Assembly (NCBI RefSeq): GCF_006345805.1
Contig: NC_043004.1
Span: forward strand, 90,148,001 to 90,212,000
Direction of reading: 5' to 3'
DNA from: Octopus sinensis
Taxonomy: Eukaryota
Length of the DNA stretch: 64,000 nt
Shown: piece by piece, positions 13,146 through 25,857 of the stretch
Numbering within the stretch: position 1 is the first letter of the stretch
Layout of the letters: each line of letters starts with the position of its first letter
Made by a program: the position numbers and the translations under genes
The notes under the pieces: generated by a model
Databases searched by the model: none
Told to the model about the DNA's origin: nothing
What the model saw: only the letters and a program-made list of their open reading frames with translations

Positions 13146-15336
13146 GATGATGAACTACTTAATGCTTAATACATGAACAGAAATTTTCATTCAAGATTTA
13201 TAACTTTGGATTTTATAAAACCAAAATGCTTGCATGAACAATAATAGAAAAAAAATTAAACAAAATTTAAAAAAGAATAATCTACTGAAAATGAAATTTC
13301 AAATAGATTAAATGAAATTTGAAATTTAATAGTTTGAATTTTAATTTTAAATTGATTTAAACAAAATTATATTTTCAATTTACAATTTTAATTTTAAAAT
13401 TTGAACTTTGATTTCAAATTAATACTGCTCCCAACTAAAAAAATTTCAGTATGTTGTCAAAATTTTCATTTAAATTTCAATTTCGATTACACATCAAACT
13501 CTTTATATTGTGTTATGACAATGTAATTGTTTTGAATTTGAAAAATTCAAACTGCGACCAAAGAAAGAAAGAGGAAAATGAAAATCTAAATTCCCTTCCT
13601 TCTTATCATTATTGTTAGTTATATTAAATATTTCCATGATTGAATAAAATTTAGTAACTAGCTATTAACATTCAAAGTTTTCAAGAGATCATTTTTATAA
13701 TTTTAAATTCAATTTCCAAATCTGGTGGCTTAAAACACACCACTTTACATTATTCATATAAGCAATGACTAAAAAGATGGAGCAAGTTTATATAATACAA
13801 TTAGTTGTAAGGTTCTTTGTTTTCTGTTGACTTACACCAGGCATGATGTTGGACACACCACATATACCATTCCTTAAAGAATTCTGTGTTGCACTGTTCC
13901 ATCATTAAGTTTTTTTGAGCTAATAATAGCTGGAGGTGGGTGGTCACTGCTGTCAGTTGCAGAAACATTATGATTGTAAGAGTTTACACATTCATCAATC
14001 CTTAAATGACAAGTAGTTCTTTGAGGGATACTCCAGATTCTTGGTTGTTGCCACTTGCTCAAGCAAACCAGTAAGACATCAGTATCAGTTGATTAAATTT
14101 ACCCTAGTATATTACTGGCATTTTATTTACCTCAGAAAGATAAAAGGCAAATTTGACTTTGGCAGGATTTGAACTCCTAATGTAAAGCACTGGAAAAAAA
14201 TATCACTATGTATTTTGTCCACTGCTTTAAGGATTTTTTTCTAATCAACCACCTGGTGTAAAGTTATAAGTACTAGAAGTTTGAGCTAAGAACCACATGT
14301 TCAGGACCCTACTTCATAACAACAGCCCTTATTGTTTCATGCTTAAAAGCATGACTTAAGTCTGTATCTGATACTCTGTTTGTTACGAAATTGATCAAGT
14401 AACCAACAAATAAATACCCCATTCTCTCCTACTTCATAGTTAAGTAGCTTAACAGTTGAAGAAGAGAAATTCTTGGCTGCAAGAAAAAATTAAACAAAAT
14501 TGCTCTAAAGCTGCAAAAAAAAAAAAAGAAAAGAAAAAGAAAAAAAGAAAAAAGTAAAAAGTCTCCTTCTTCTTGGAAAAAAATCCATAGTTGCATAACA
14601 GTGTAAAAAATATATTTTGTAAGTTGTTATTAGTTTGGAACAAGGCTACTTCTAATGAAAGGGATTTAAAAATCTAATACTAATGAACATTTTTTGCAAA
14701 AACCAACTCTTCAGGTTCTAATCTATAACAAATTCTTCAATTCACTAGGAAATTTTAATCTATGAATAGAAATTGAAAAGTGATGTTAACTGATGTGAGA
14801 GAAATTTAAAAAAAAAACACAGTTTCATTTGGTTACTAAAAAGTGCATTTTGTGATATCAATATAACAGCCAAATCATCTTCAAAAAATTCACTTGTCTT
14901 TTAAAATAGGGACCACACAAAACAAGCAAAACATCTTTTTACATTTTTGTTGACCTACTAGACATTCTTTAACAAATTCCTTACTACTTTTTTTTTTAAC
15001 AGATTTTATTTATTTATTTGTTTTCAGGAAGGGATTGCAGGAGCTGGCTGAGTTAAGAAATCTTTGTGCAGTTGCTCAAACCAGTTGACATAACAGCAAA
15101 CTTTAACCCCAATAGAATTCCACAACTGGCTGTAAAATAGTGATTGTAACATCCACCAAGAGAATATTTACTTCCAAGTGCTCAACTCACAAAACATAAA
15201 GTTTCATACTAATGGATTGACTTAAAAGTTTTAAATGAAAAAGGAAAAACCAACTCTGTTAGGTTTTGAATGCAAAGGGATGTGATAAAATACCACAAGA
15301 TATTTGTCAGACACTCTACCAGTACTACTTTTCCAC

Positions 15337-15339
<3 letters not shown>

Positions 15340-15395
<56 letters not shown>

Positions 15396-17750
15396 TAATA
15401 ACAATAATAATAATAATCCTTTCCATTATGGGCACAAGGCCCGAAGTTTTGGGGGAGGGGATTAGACGATTACATTGACCCCCTAGAATTTCATTGGTAC
15501 TTAATTTATCAATCCAAAAGGATGAAAGGCAAAGTTGACCTTGGTGGGATTTCAACTCAGAACATAAAGGGGTAGAAGAAATGCTTCTAAGCGTTTTGTT
15601 TGACCCACTAATGATTCTCCAAGCTTGCTTTTTTTTAATAATAATTGTATCTAACTCAGGCATAGAACCTAGAATTTGGTGGGAAAGGATTAGTTGAATG
15701 CATCAACTCAAGTACTTAGCTGGTACTTGGAGGGATGAAAGGCAAAATTGTCCTTGGTAGGATTTGAACCCAGAACATAAAAAGTCAGAAGAAATACTGC
15801 AAGGTATTTTATCCAATGCTTAATAATATAAATAATAATGATTTACAACTTAGGCATAAGGCCACAAATTTTGTGCGATAGGAACAATCATTAAATCAAC
15901 TATGGAAGGACGAAAGATAAATTTGTCAAATATTGGAAAAATTTGAACATGGAATATAACTGCAAGGCATTTAATCAGTTACCATAGTGATTTACTAATT
16001 CACTGGCATAATAATAACAATAATAAAAAAAAAAAAATAATAATAATAATAATCTTTCCTACTGTAGGCACAAGGCCTGAAACTTTGTTTGGGTGGGACC
16101 AGTTGATAACATCGACCCCCCCAGTATTCAAATGGTACTTATTTTATCAATCCTGAAAGAAGGAAAGGTAAAGTCAACCTTGGCAGTATTTGAACTCAGA
16201 ACATAATGCCAGAAGAGATGCTGTTAAGCATTTTGTTTAGTATGGTAAAATATAATAATAATAAACCTTTCTACAATAGGCACAAAGCCTGGAATTTTGG
16301 AGTGGAAGGGGGGGGGGCTAGTGTCAATTATATCGACTCCCCAGTACTTGACTGGTACTTATTTCATCCACCTACAAAGGATGAAAGGCAAAGTTGACCT
16401 CAGTTGAATTTGAACTTAGAATGTAAAGACAGACAAAATGCTTCTAAGCATTTGAAACCATTATTATTATTATTATTATTATTATAAGCATTTTGTCCAG
16501 CATGCTAACGATTCCACCAGCTTGCACCTTAATAATAATAATAATAATAATATATAATAATAATAATATAATAATAATAATATAATAATAATAACAATAA
16601 TAACAATAATAATAATAATCCTTTCCATTATGGGCACAAGGCCCGAAGTTTTGGGGGAGGGGATTAGACGATTACATTGACCCCCTAGAATTTCATTGGT
16701 ACTTAATTTATCAATTCCAAAAGGATGAAAGGCAAAGTTGACCTTGGTGGGATTTCAACTCAGAACATAAAGGGGTAGAAGAAATGCTTCTAAGCGTTTT
16801 GTTTGACCCACTAATGATTCTCCAAGCTTGCTTTTTTTTAATAATAATTGTATCTAACTCAGGCATAGAACCTAGAATTTGGTGGGAAAGGATTAGTTGA
16901 ATGCATCAACTCAAGTACTTAGCTGGTACTTGGAGGGATGAAAGGCAAAATTGTCCTTGGTAGGATTTGAACCCAGAACATAAAAAGTCAGAAGAAATAC
17001 TGCAAGGTATTTTATCCAATGCTTAATAATATAAATAATAATGATTTACAACTTAGGCATAAGGCCACAAATTTTGTGCGATAGGAACAATCAATTAAAT
17101 CAACTATGGAAGGACGAAAGATAAATTTGTCAAATATTGGAAAAATTTGAACATGGAATATAACTGCAAGGCATTTAATCAGTTACCATAGTGATTTACT
17201 AATTCACTGGCATAATAATAACAATAATAAAAAAAAAAAATAATAATAATAATAATCTTTCCTACTGTAGGCACAAGGCCTGAAACTTTGTTTGGGTGGG
17301 ACCAGTTGATAACATCGACCCCCCCAGTATTCAAATGGTACTTATTTTATCAATCCTGAAAGAAGGAAAGGTAAAGTCAACCTTGGCAGTATTTGAACTC
17401 AGAACATAATGCCAGAAGAGATGCTGTTAAGCATTTTGTTTAGTATGGTAAAATAATAATAATAATAAACCTTTCTACAATAGGCACAAAGCCTGGAATT
17501 TTGGAGTGGAAGGGGGGGGGGCTAGTGTCAATTATATCGACTCCCCAGTACTTGACTGGTACTTATTTCATCCACCTACAAAGGATGAAAGGCAAAGTTG
17601 ACCTCAGTTGAATTTGAACTTAGAATGTAAAGACAGACAAAATGCTTCTAAGCATTTGAAACCATTATTATTATTATTATTATTATTATAAGCATTTTGT
17701 CCAGCATGCTAACGATTCCACCAGCTTGCACCTTAATAATAATAATAATA
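15340..17750. repeat. ~1.2 kb near-identical tandem duplication of SINE-B-rich DNA
   Basis: tcctttccattatgggcacaaggcccg at 15417 and 16619 (offset ~1202). Breakpoints lie in (AAT)n. Confidence 0.92.
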
Positions 17751-17780
17751 ATAATAATTATAATAATAATGATGATGATG

Positions 17781-17843
<63 letters not shown>

Positions 17844-18217
17844 GTTTCAAATTTTGACAGAAGACCAGCAATTTTCAAAAGAAGCGGTTAGTTGATACCA
17901 TCTTGGCTGGTACATTTTTTTATCAACCCTGGAGGAATGAAAGGTAATGGTGATCTTGAAAGGATTTAGAAAATAATAACAATAATAATGGTTTCTGATT
18001 TAGGCACAAAGCCAACAGTTTTTTGAAGGAAGGAAGTTAATTGAATAAATCGACCCTAGTACTTGACTGGTCCTTCATTTTATTGCCCCTCACAAGCTAA
18101 GGCAGCCTCAGTGGGATTTGAACTCAGAACGTAAAGAACTGGAAGAAATATTGCAAAAGATTTTTTCCAGTGCTTTCGCAATTCTGCCACATAGTAAGAA
18201 TAACAACAACAATAATG

Positions 18218-18583
18218 AGTGGTTGGCATTAGGAAGGGCATCCAGCTGTAGAAACTTTGCCAGATCAGATTGGAGCCTGGTGCAGCCTTCTGGCTCACCA
18301 GCCCTCAGTCAAACCGTCCAACCCATGCCAGCATGGAAGGTGGACGTTAAATGACGATGATGTAGTATTCTCGTTTGCTATGAATAATTTCTGTGCAGGT
18401 GGCACGTAAAAAGCACCCACTACACTCACGGAGTGGTTGGCGTTAGGAAGGGCATCCAGCTGTAGAAACATTGCCAGATAAGACCAGAGCCTGGTGCAGC
18501 CTTCTGGCTTCCCAGATCCCCGGTCGAACCGTCCAACCCATGCTAGCATGGAGAACGGACGTTAAACGATGATGATGATGATG
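18218..18583 (+). mobile_element. Two tandem SINE family D 3' segments with (GAT)n tails
   Basis: ggttggcgttaggaagggcatccagctgtagaaac (resembles the Nin/Deu SINE domain, from recall)...acccatgctagcatgg...gatgatgat. Confidence 0.8.
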
Positions 18584-19674
18584 ACAGCTACATATATTTC
18601 AGGTTTTGAAGCTGTATGGTAGCACAAAAATGGCATCTAATATATGCAGTAAAGTGGTTGATAATGGGAAGAGAATCGAAACTATTCCAAAGCAGACACC
18701 AGAGCTATTCAACCCATGCCAGCATGGAACATGGAGCATGTTAAATGATGATGATAAGGGTGATGATGATGACGGTGGTAGTGGTGGTGGTATATTGAAT
18801 GATGTGCACAAAATTTTTTAATAAATTAAAATTTGCCCCATAGTTGGGAGAAAGAAAAACAAACATCAAATAATTTGTTAAGTAACTGCTAAAGGGAAGG
18901 GGAAAATAATTTCTAGACATTAAGAATTCATTTCACAGATTTTTTTCAAGCTTAGTGGGAAAACCAGATCTTTGTTTATCAGGCTAAATGATAGATACAG
19001 ACATGTTTCAATGTTATTAAACCTCATTTGCAAATTATAGTCTGTTTTCTCAATGCAGAGATATACAGTGGTTACCTCCTCTAATCAAAATGGTCATAAT
19101 TTTTTATAGAGCAGTTCTAATCATATATTCTATATATTCAGTTCTGTCATATATTCAAAACTATGATTTTTCAGTTATATATTCTCATACATGATTTTTT
19201 TCCCTCTAACACAATCTCCATTCACAAAGTCATACAGACCACATTCCCAGATCTCTAATTCTAAAACTCTATTTATCTTCAGAGTAAAAAGATTTTCTGC
19301 TCTGAAGAATCATGAATTAATATTTTCAGCTTTAAAAGTAAAATTCTTTGGCCTTGTCCCAATTCACAAAAATTACCATTATGTAAAGGATGAGCATTCA
19401 CCGGAAGAGATTCTCAGTGGTAGTAAGGCATAGCATTCGAAGTAGTTCTAAGGGATTTAGCTGCATGCTGCTCATATTTAAAGAGGAAGAGGTGTGATAC
19501 CGTTTTCTTAATATGTGCAGTGCTGCATTTCTGATGTTGAAGGAGACAATATTGGCATTACCCATTTCAAGGACATTTCAAAGATTTTTTTCAGGGAGTC
19601 AGTGCAGATTTGGTAAGAAAATTTAGGTTGCATGTGGTTTGTGCTTGGCTATATATATAAATATATATATATAC

Positions 19675-19880
19675 TTAGAAAGTTGCTTGTTATGGCTGAT
19701 TAGAGAGTGGTTTTACACTTATAAAGCGCTTAGCTGTATGGTTGACTCATCAGACTCAAATGGCCAGAAGCACATAACGCCTGGCCATTTCAGTATGACA
19801 AGTCCCCTATACAGCTAAGCGCTTAATTAATGCAAAAGCAATGGTTCTGCTCTGATCAGCCATAACAAGCAACCTTCTAA
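19675..19880. repeat. Imperfect ~200 bp inverted repeat between TA-rich flanks
   Basis: Paired segments ttagaaagttgcttgttatggctga / tcagccataacaagcaaccttctaa, aagcgcttagctgtat / atacagctaagcgctt, aaatggccag / ctggccattt. Confidence 0.9.
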
Positions 19881-19949
19881 ATATATTACTGCTCTAATGT
19901 TTTAGTGTATGCTTCTTTTTGGATATATGAATTACTGATGATATACATG

Positions 19950-20170
19950 TGGAGGCGCAATGGCCTAGTGGTTAGGGCAGCGGACTCGCGGTCGCAGGAT
20001 CGCGGTTTCGATTCCCAGACCGAGCGTTGTGAGTGTTTATTGAGCGAAAACACCTAAAAGCTCCACGAGGCTCCGGCAGGAGGTGGTGATCCCTGCTGTA
20101 CTCTTTCACCACTCTTTCTCCCACTCTTTCTTCTGTTGGCCTGGTCGCTTAGCCAGCGGGGTGGCGTCAT
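19950..20170 (+). mobile_element. tRNA-derived SINE family C, 5' part
   Basis: tggaggcgcaatggcctagtggttagggcagcggactcgcgg...ttcgattcccagacc matches the 41186 and 54987 copies. Confidence 0.85.
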
Positions 20171-20201
20171 CTGATGGTCTGGTCGGTCACGTGATCACGT
20201 G

Positions 20202-20274
<73 letters not shown>

Positions 20275-21239
20275 TGAAAAATAATTACATGCACACACAG
20301 AGTCATCAGCAAAACTATGTATGACAGATAAAAGGAGAATCGTGTAAAGCCTCTGTAGTCGAGACATCTATTTAAACACCAGATCAAAGAAATTCAGAAA
20401 ATGTAAACACTTCGAAAATCACCTATTATGTAAGTGGCAAACACCACCTTCATTGGGCTAAAGCCATATAAATGCATGGATAATTGTAATTGCTTCATTT
20501 TAGATCTTTTTTTTCCTTTTACTATCTTCTATTCTCTCTCTCTCATCTCTTTAGCTTATTTTTCCCCCCAATATTCATCCTCTCCTCCCAACAGATTTAT
20601 TATGTAATAAATCTGTAATTCACTTTAAACTATTTCATCCTTTCCCCATTTCACCTCCCACCCTCCCTATTTCTCTCATGCCTCAACTTAATATTTTTCT
20701 TTCAAAATTCATTTCTCCTCTCAACACCACTCTTATGTTCTTCCTATCTACCCAAACGTATCAATCTTCCTTTTTATCGCAAATTAGGCAATTATTTTCC
20801 CCTCAAATTTTAACAATAAATTCTGTTTCATCCCAACTTCTTCAAGAGAAAAATGCTGATGATCAAGGAGAGATGATTCCTTTCTAGTATAGAAGAGTCA
20901 CAAAGCTTGATGAAAGCAGACATATAAAAGGTAAATATATATATAATTTTACAATTCAAATGAAAGGAAAAATGCATTTGTGTGTGTGTATGAGTGTGTG
21001 AGTTTAAAGACCAAATCTACTCCAGCTTGAATTGTTTACAATGCCCAAAATGTTTGATTAATTGATCAAGTGTTGTCGGCATTGCTTGTAGTCGCTTTTA
21101 GACTTTAAACACTCTCTTTGGGAGTTTTTGCTTACTAATTACTTGGATAATCCCAGTAAATCAAAGATTTTTACCTGACTATATTACATCAGTAAAACTT
21201 GATCATTACATTTTAATGTTAACTTTTATTCCACACTAT

Positions 21240-21770
21240 GATCCGCCATGCTGAGATTTCACCTTATAAGTATGCTGTGCGTAAGAAGACCCGGCAGGAC
21301 AAGTGAGGCCATAACCCGTGGCCTCAGTCCACTTTATGCATACCTTTCCTTCTTGGGACACAAAACTCCACTGGTGAAAACCTGTTGAGGCAAGTGAAAA
21401 ACAAAAACAAAATCAAGATCAAAATCAATCAACATCAATGGAAATCGTAGCTGTGATACCAGTGCCGGTGGCACGTAAGAGAACCATCCGAGCGTGGCCG
21501 TTGCCAGCGCAGCCCCGACTGGCCTCCGTGCTGCTGGCACGTAAAAAGCACCATCCGATCGTGGCCGTTTGCCAGCCTCGTCTGGCACATAAAAAGCACC
21601 CACTACACTCATGGAGTGGTTGGCATTAGGAAGGGCATCCAGCCATAGAAACATTGCCAGATCAGACTGGGCCTGGTGCAGCCTTCTGGCTTCCCAGACT
21701 CCAGTTGAACCGTCCAACCCATGCCAGCATGGAAAGCGGACGCTAAACGATGATGATGATGATGATGATA
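21240..21770 (+). mobile_element. SINE family D, long copy with internal ggcacgtaaaaagcac repeats and (GAT)n tail
   Basis: Shared core with 18390, 23055, 29040(-) and 56572. Confidence 0.8.
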
Positions 21771-22141
21771 TTCTCATGTCTTCCTCAGTTTTCACTCTTC
21801 AACAACCATTACATCACTTTTTGTCCCACAGCTGACCATACATCAATGTTTAATCTCTGTACCAGTACAATCATTTCTCTTGCACATATGGTTTTTATAC
21901 CATCTAATCCATTCAAGTATGGAAAAATGGATATTAAAAAATGATGATAGTGATGACCCAGCTACACACACACACACACACACACACACAATGAAATAGT
22001 GACTGAAGAGAGTAGTATAACATAGTAGTTATCCTATATAACTACTTGAAACATGCATGTTAAATGCATTCAAAATATCAACTTTTGGTTTTCTGTATAT
22101 GCATATAGGGTAAGAAGAATATTTGCCATATGTATATGCAT

Positions 22142-22172
<31 letters not shown>

Positions 22173-23054
22173 CATACATACAGACAGACAGACAGATATA
22201 GATATATATACATACACACACACACACACACACAAGGAATGCTGACTCTCATTCAGGTGATATGAAGGATAGTAAAATACTTTTTGCATTGTATACATAC
22301 ACACACCTAACTAGATGCACATTCCATATGTGCTGACCCTATGGAGGTAGCCTAGGTTCTTGACAGGTTAGTGCCAGGAAGCCAATAACAATAGTAACAA
22401 GCTGTATCATACCGCTGCTGTTTACAGTCTGTGTGATCTGGAGTAACTTATGAAACAGACCAAACTCAGGAGTAAGGTACTCCTTTCATGCTTTCCTTTT
22501 GACTAATGACATCAAAGAATAACTGTGAGCAACTGAACCAGCTGTCTCTGACCCCATTTTACAAGAACTTGTAAAGTCTGTGAACACTGTTTCACCTGTC
22601 ATGCCAATTCCTATTTTATCTCCTATAAAGCAGAAGATATATATAATACAAAAAGGCATACAATTACACAGGTAACATTGTTTGCTAATAAAATAGTGTA
22701 GATTATATACTTTAAAACAGATGATGTATGTAGAAAACTGACAGCACACTGCTCTCTTTTTAGTTGATTCATTACTTTCAATCCTTCCCTTAAAACTGCT
22801 TCAATATTGACATCAATAGCAGTATACAGTAGTAGTAGTAGTAGTAGTGGTGGTGGTGGTAGTAGTAGGAGGAGGAGTTGGAGTAGTAGTAGTAGAAGTA
22901 CTAGTAGAAGCAACAGTAGTTGTACATGGGGGTAAATGCATAGAACACTATGGTCTTCAAATATGGAATGCATAAGGGAAGCAACAACTGAATAATGTGT
23001 ACATCTTTAGGTTTAAAAGTTATGTCAATGTAAATGTATTGTCAATGTATTGCT

Positions 23055-23348
23055 AGCGCCGCCCTGTCTGGCCTCCGTTGCCAGCGCCGCCCCGTCTGGC
23101 CTCCGTGCCGGTGGCACGTAAAAGCACCATCCGTTCATGGCCGTTTGCCAGCTCTGTCTGGCTCCTGTGCGGGTGGCACGTAAAAAGCACCCACTACACG
23201 CGCAGAGTGGTTGGCATTAGGAAGGGCATCCAGCCATAGAAACACTGCTGGATAAGACTGGGCCTGATGCAGCCTTCTGGTTTCACAGACCCCAGTTGAA
23301 CCGTCCAACCCATGCTAGCATGGAAAACGGATGCTAAATGATGATGAA
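23055..23348 (+). mobile_element. SINE family D copy
   Basis: Same core and tail as the 21240 copy. Confidence 0.8.
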
Positions 23349-23805
23349 TATATGTAAATTAGTTAAATGACTTTTGTGCTAAACAGCATTTTCTAGAGAG
23401 GTATAGACTGTAATCTATTTAAGTATAATGAGCCTGAAATCAATCTTCCTGGGCTTGAATTGTTTACACCATAAAAGTCAATACACACAGACAGAGATAC
23501 ATAGATGCATGTTTGTATTTGGGTGTACAAAAGAGGGAGAAAATGTACTCAATACAACAGAATAATGTTTCTTTAAATGAAGATGAGTCTTTTCTCGTCA
23601 GAATTCTAAGAAATGTAATAGAAATTGGAAAATGGAGTAGTAACAACTTCATATAACTGAAAGTACTTTATGACATGTACAGAGTGTGTTTTCCTTTACT
23701 AGTACACCTAAATGCATATACATACAAATATATACACATACATACATACATGCATATATACATACACACACACACACACACACACACATACATACATATA
23801 TATAT

Positions 23806-24065
23806 AAATTTGATGTTGAAAATGCACCTAAATTTGATAAACTGGTAATTGTTTAAATCAAATTTATTTACATATATACCAAACTAGTTTCAACAATATT
23901 TATTGTTTATAAATGATAACATTTTAGAATTAAATTCATAATTCTAAATTTTTACCATTGATAAACAAAAAATATTGTTGAAATTAGTTTGGTATATATG
24001 TAAATAAATTTAATTGAAACAATTACCAGTTTATCAAATTTAGGTGCATTTTCAACATCAAATTT
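23806..24065. repeat. Inverted repeat, ~125 bp arms, between TA microsatellites
   Basis: aaatttgatgttgaaaatgcacctaaatttgataaactggtaattg... is mirrored by ...caattaccagtttatcaaatttaggtgcattttcaacatcaaattt. Confidence 0.95.
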
Positions 24066-24104
24066 GCCTATATTTTTCCTGCATGGAAATACACACCCTC
24101 TTTT

Positions 24105-24178
<74 letters not shown>

Positions 24179-24222
24179 CACAATCATACATATATATATA
24201 TATATTTTATTTGTGACTTAAG

Positions 24223-24387
24223 GCTACCATTAGTTTCATGTTAAGAAGAGTGGGAAAATATCCAAGTATCTTAACAATTTTCCAAGCTGATCACATGGAG
24301 AAAAGTGTTCACCTCCATGTGATCGGCTTGAAAAATTAACATACTTGGATATTTTCCCACTTGTCATAACATGAAAGCAATGGTAGC
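24223..24387. repeat. Inverted repeat, ~75 bp arms (MITE-like hairpin)
   Basis: gctaccatt..gtgggaaaatatccaagtat..gatcacatggag mirrored by ctccatgtgatc..atacttggatattttcccac..aatggtagc. Confidence 0.9.
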
Positions 24388-25343
24388 AAAATTATTTATC
24401 CACCAATGCAGTATTGAGCACTCATTCCACTTCCATGTATATATATATACATATATATCTGCAGTTAAGTATATGTCTGGTGATAGAGCAACCAATGGTT
24501 TCACACCCATAAAACACTTAGCTTTATGGATGACTTGTCAGAATGGTGAAGGCCATATACCTCTTCAAACTGTGGAGGTATATATATATGTAAGTATATA
24601 TAAATACATATAATAGGTATATTATATACATGCCATTTCTGGATTCAACCATTTGCCATCTGTAACAGTTTCTAATAGAGGCACAGCGACAAAAATATTA
24701 AGGAAGGAGTACAAATTGGTTTAATGCTAGTAGTCAATAAGTATGACGATAAGTATGATGATAATGATGAAGATGATTATGTGGGAGCACAAATTTGACT
24801 TTTTCATTGCTTGTTGTCTCTTTCTTTCTCTCTCTCTCTCTCTCACATACACACACATATATATATAAACATGTATATATTACTTATGTAACAGTTATAC
24901 TGGTTTGTTTTAGGGGCCAATATATGACAATGTGATGAGCAGTGGATTTATGCTTTGGTGGGGGCAGTGATTTAGTGGAAGTTGTCCTTCATCGGGTTAA
25001 AGCAAGGTGCTGGTGTTGGTTTGAAAAGGAGGAGTTTAACAAACAGCTGAGATAGGAAGCAAGGCATGCCATGCGTTTTTAACCTAACTGAGCTAGCTTG
25101 ATTATGGACATCAGCCTTATTCCTGACACTTTTGCCTGTTCTGTGTGGATATTTATGTGACAGTGGGGGGCATGAGTAAGAAGATAAGAAGCAGTGGTCA
25201 ATAGGATTGCTGTAAAACAACCATATATATTTGTTATTGAAATTCTATGTAAATAAACAACTACAAAAACCATTAATCTAAGCACACACACATGCATACA
25301 CACACACACACACACACACATTGAAGCTTGTTTACATGCATGA

Positions 25344-25376
<33 letters not shown>

Positions 25377-25824
25377 GTTGTAAATATGAATACAGAAGTC
25401 ATGTATAATGTGTTTAATAAACAGAGATTTAGACTCAGTGTGAAAAACTGACTGGTTTGATCCTTACTTCCAACTGCCAAGGCTCCCATCTTTATCTCAT
25501 TATCTACAGATTCTATATTTTCATTATGAAATTAAGCACATTGATTTGTAAACATATTATACATTACTTCCATATGCACATACAAACACGCACACACATG
25601 TTATTGGTGTGCTAACTGGTTTTTTTTACCTTTGCAATACTATACTGTACTACAAAATATAACCTATGATTTTTAGCCAACACAGTATTTTATATGTGTG
25701 AGTGAGTGTGTGTGTGTGTGTGTGTGTGGTGTGTGTGTGTGTGTGTGTGTGCATGTGTGTGTGCATGACAATATACAAAGATGTTCTACTTTTTTTTTTG
25801 TTCCTCTTATCACATCTGCATACA

Positions 25825-25830
25825 TTTATT
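25825..25830 (-). promoter_or_regulatory. Candidate proximal polyadenylation signal AATAAA for the PAQR gene
   Basis: AATAAA 27 nt after the stop codon. The AT-rich context makes a chance match likely. Confidence 0.35.
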
Positions 25831-25857
25831 TTAAATATTTGGAAAAATTTCTACAAG

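Noticed and set aside
15340-18200. Regularly spaced similar modules resembling a CRISPR-like array
   Set aside because: They are degenerate SINE copies separated by (AAT)n plus a tandem duplication, in eukaryotic DNA with no cas genes.
19950-20025. tRNA-like heads of SINE families A, B and C as tRNA genes
   Set aside because: They lack a proper cloverleaf and continue into multicopy SINE bodies, several with TSDs.
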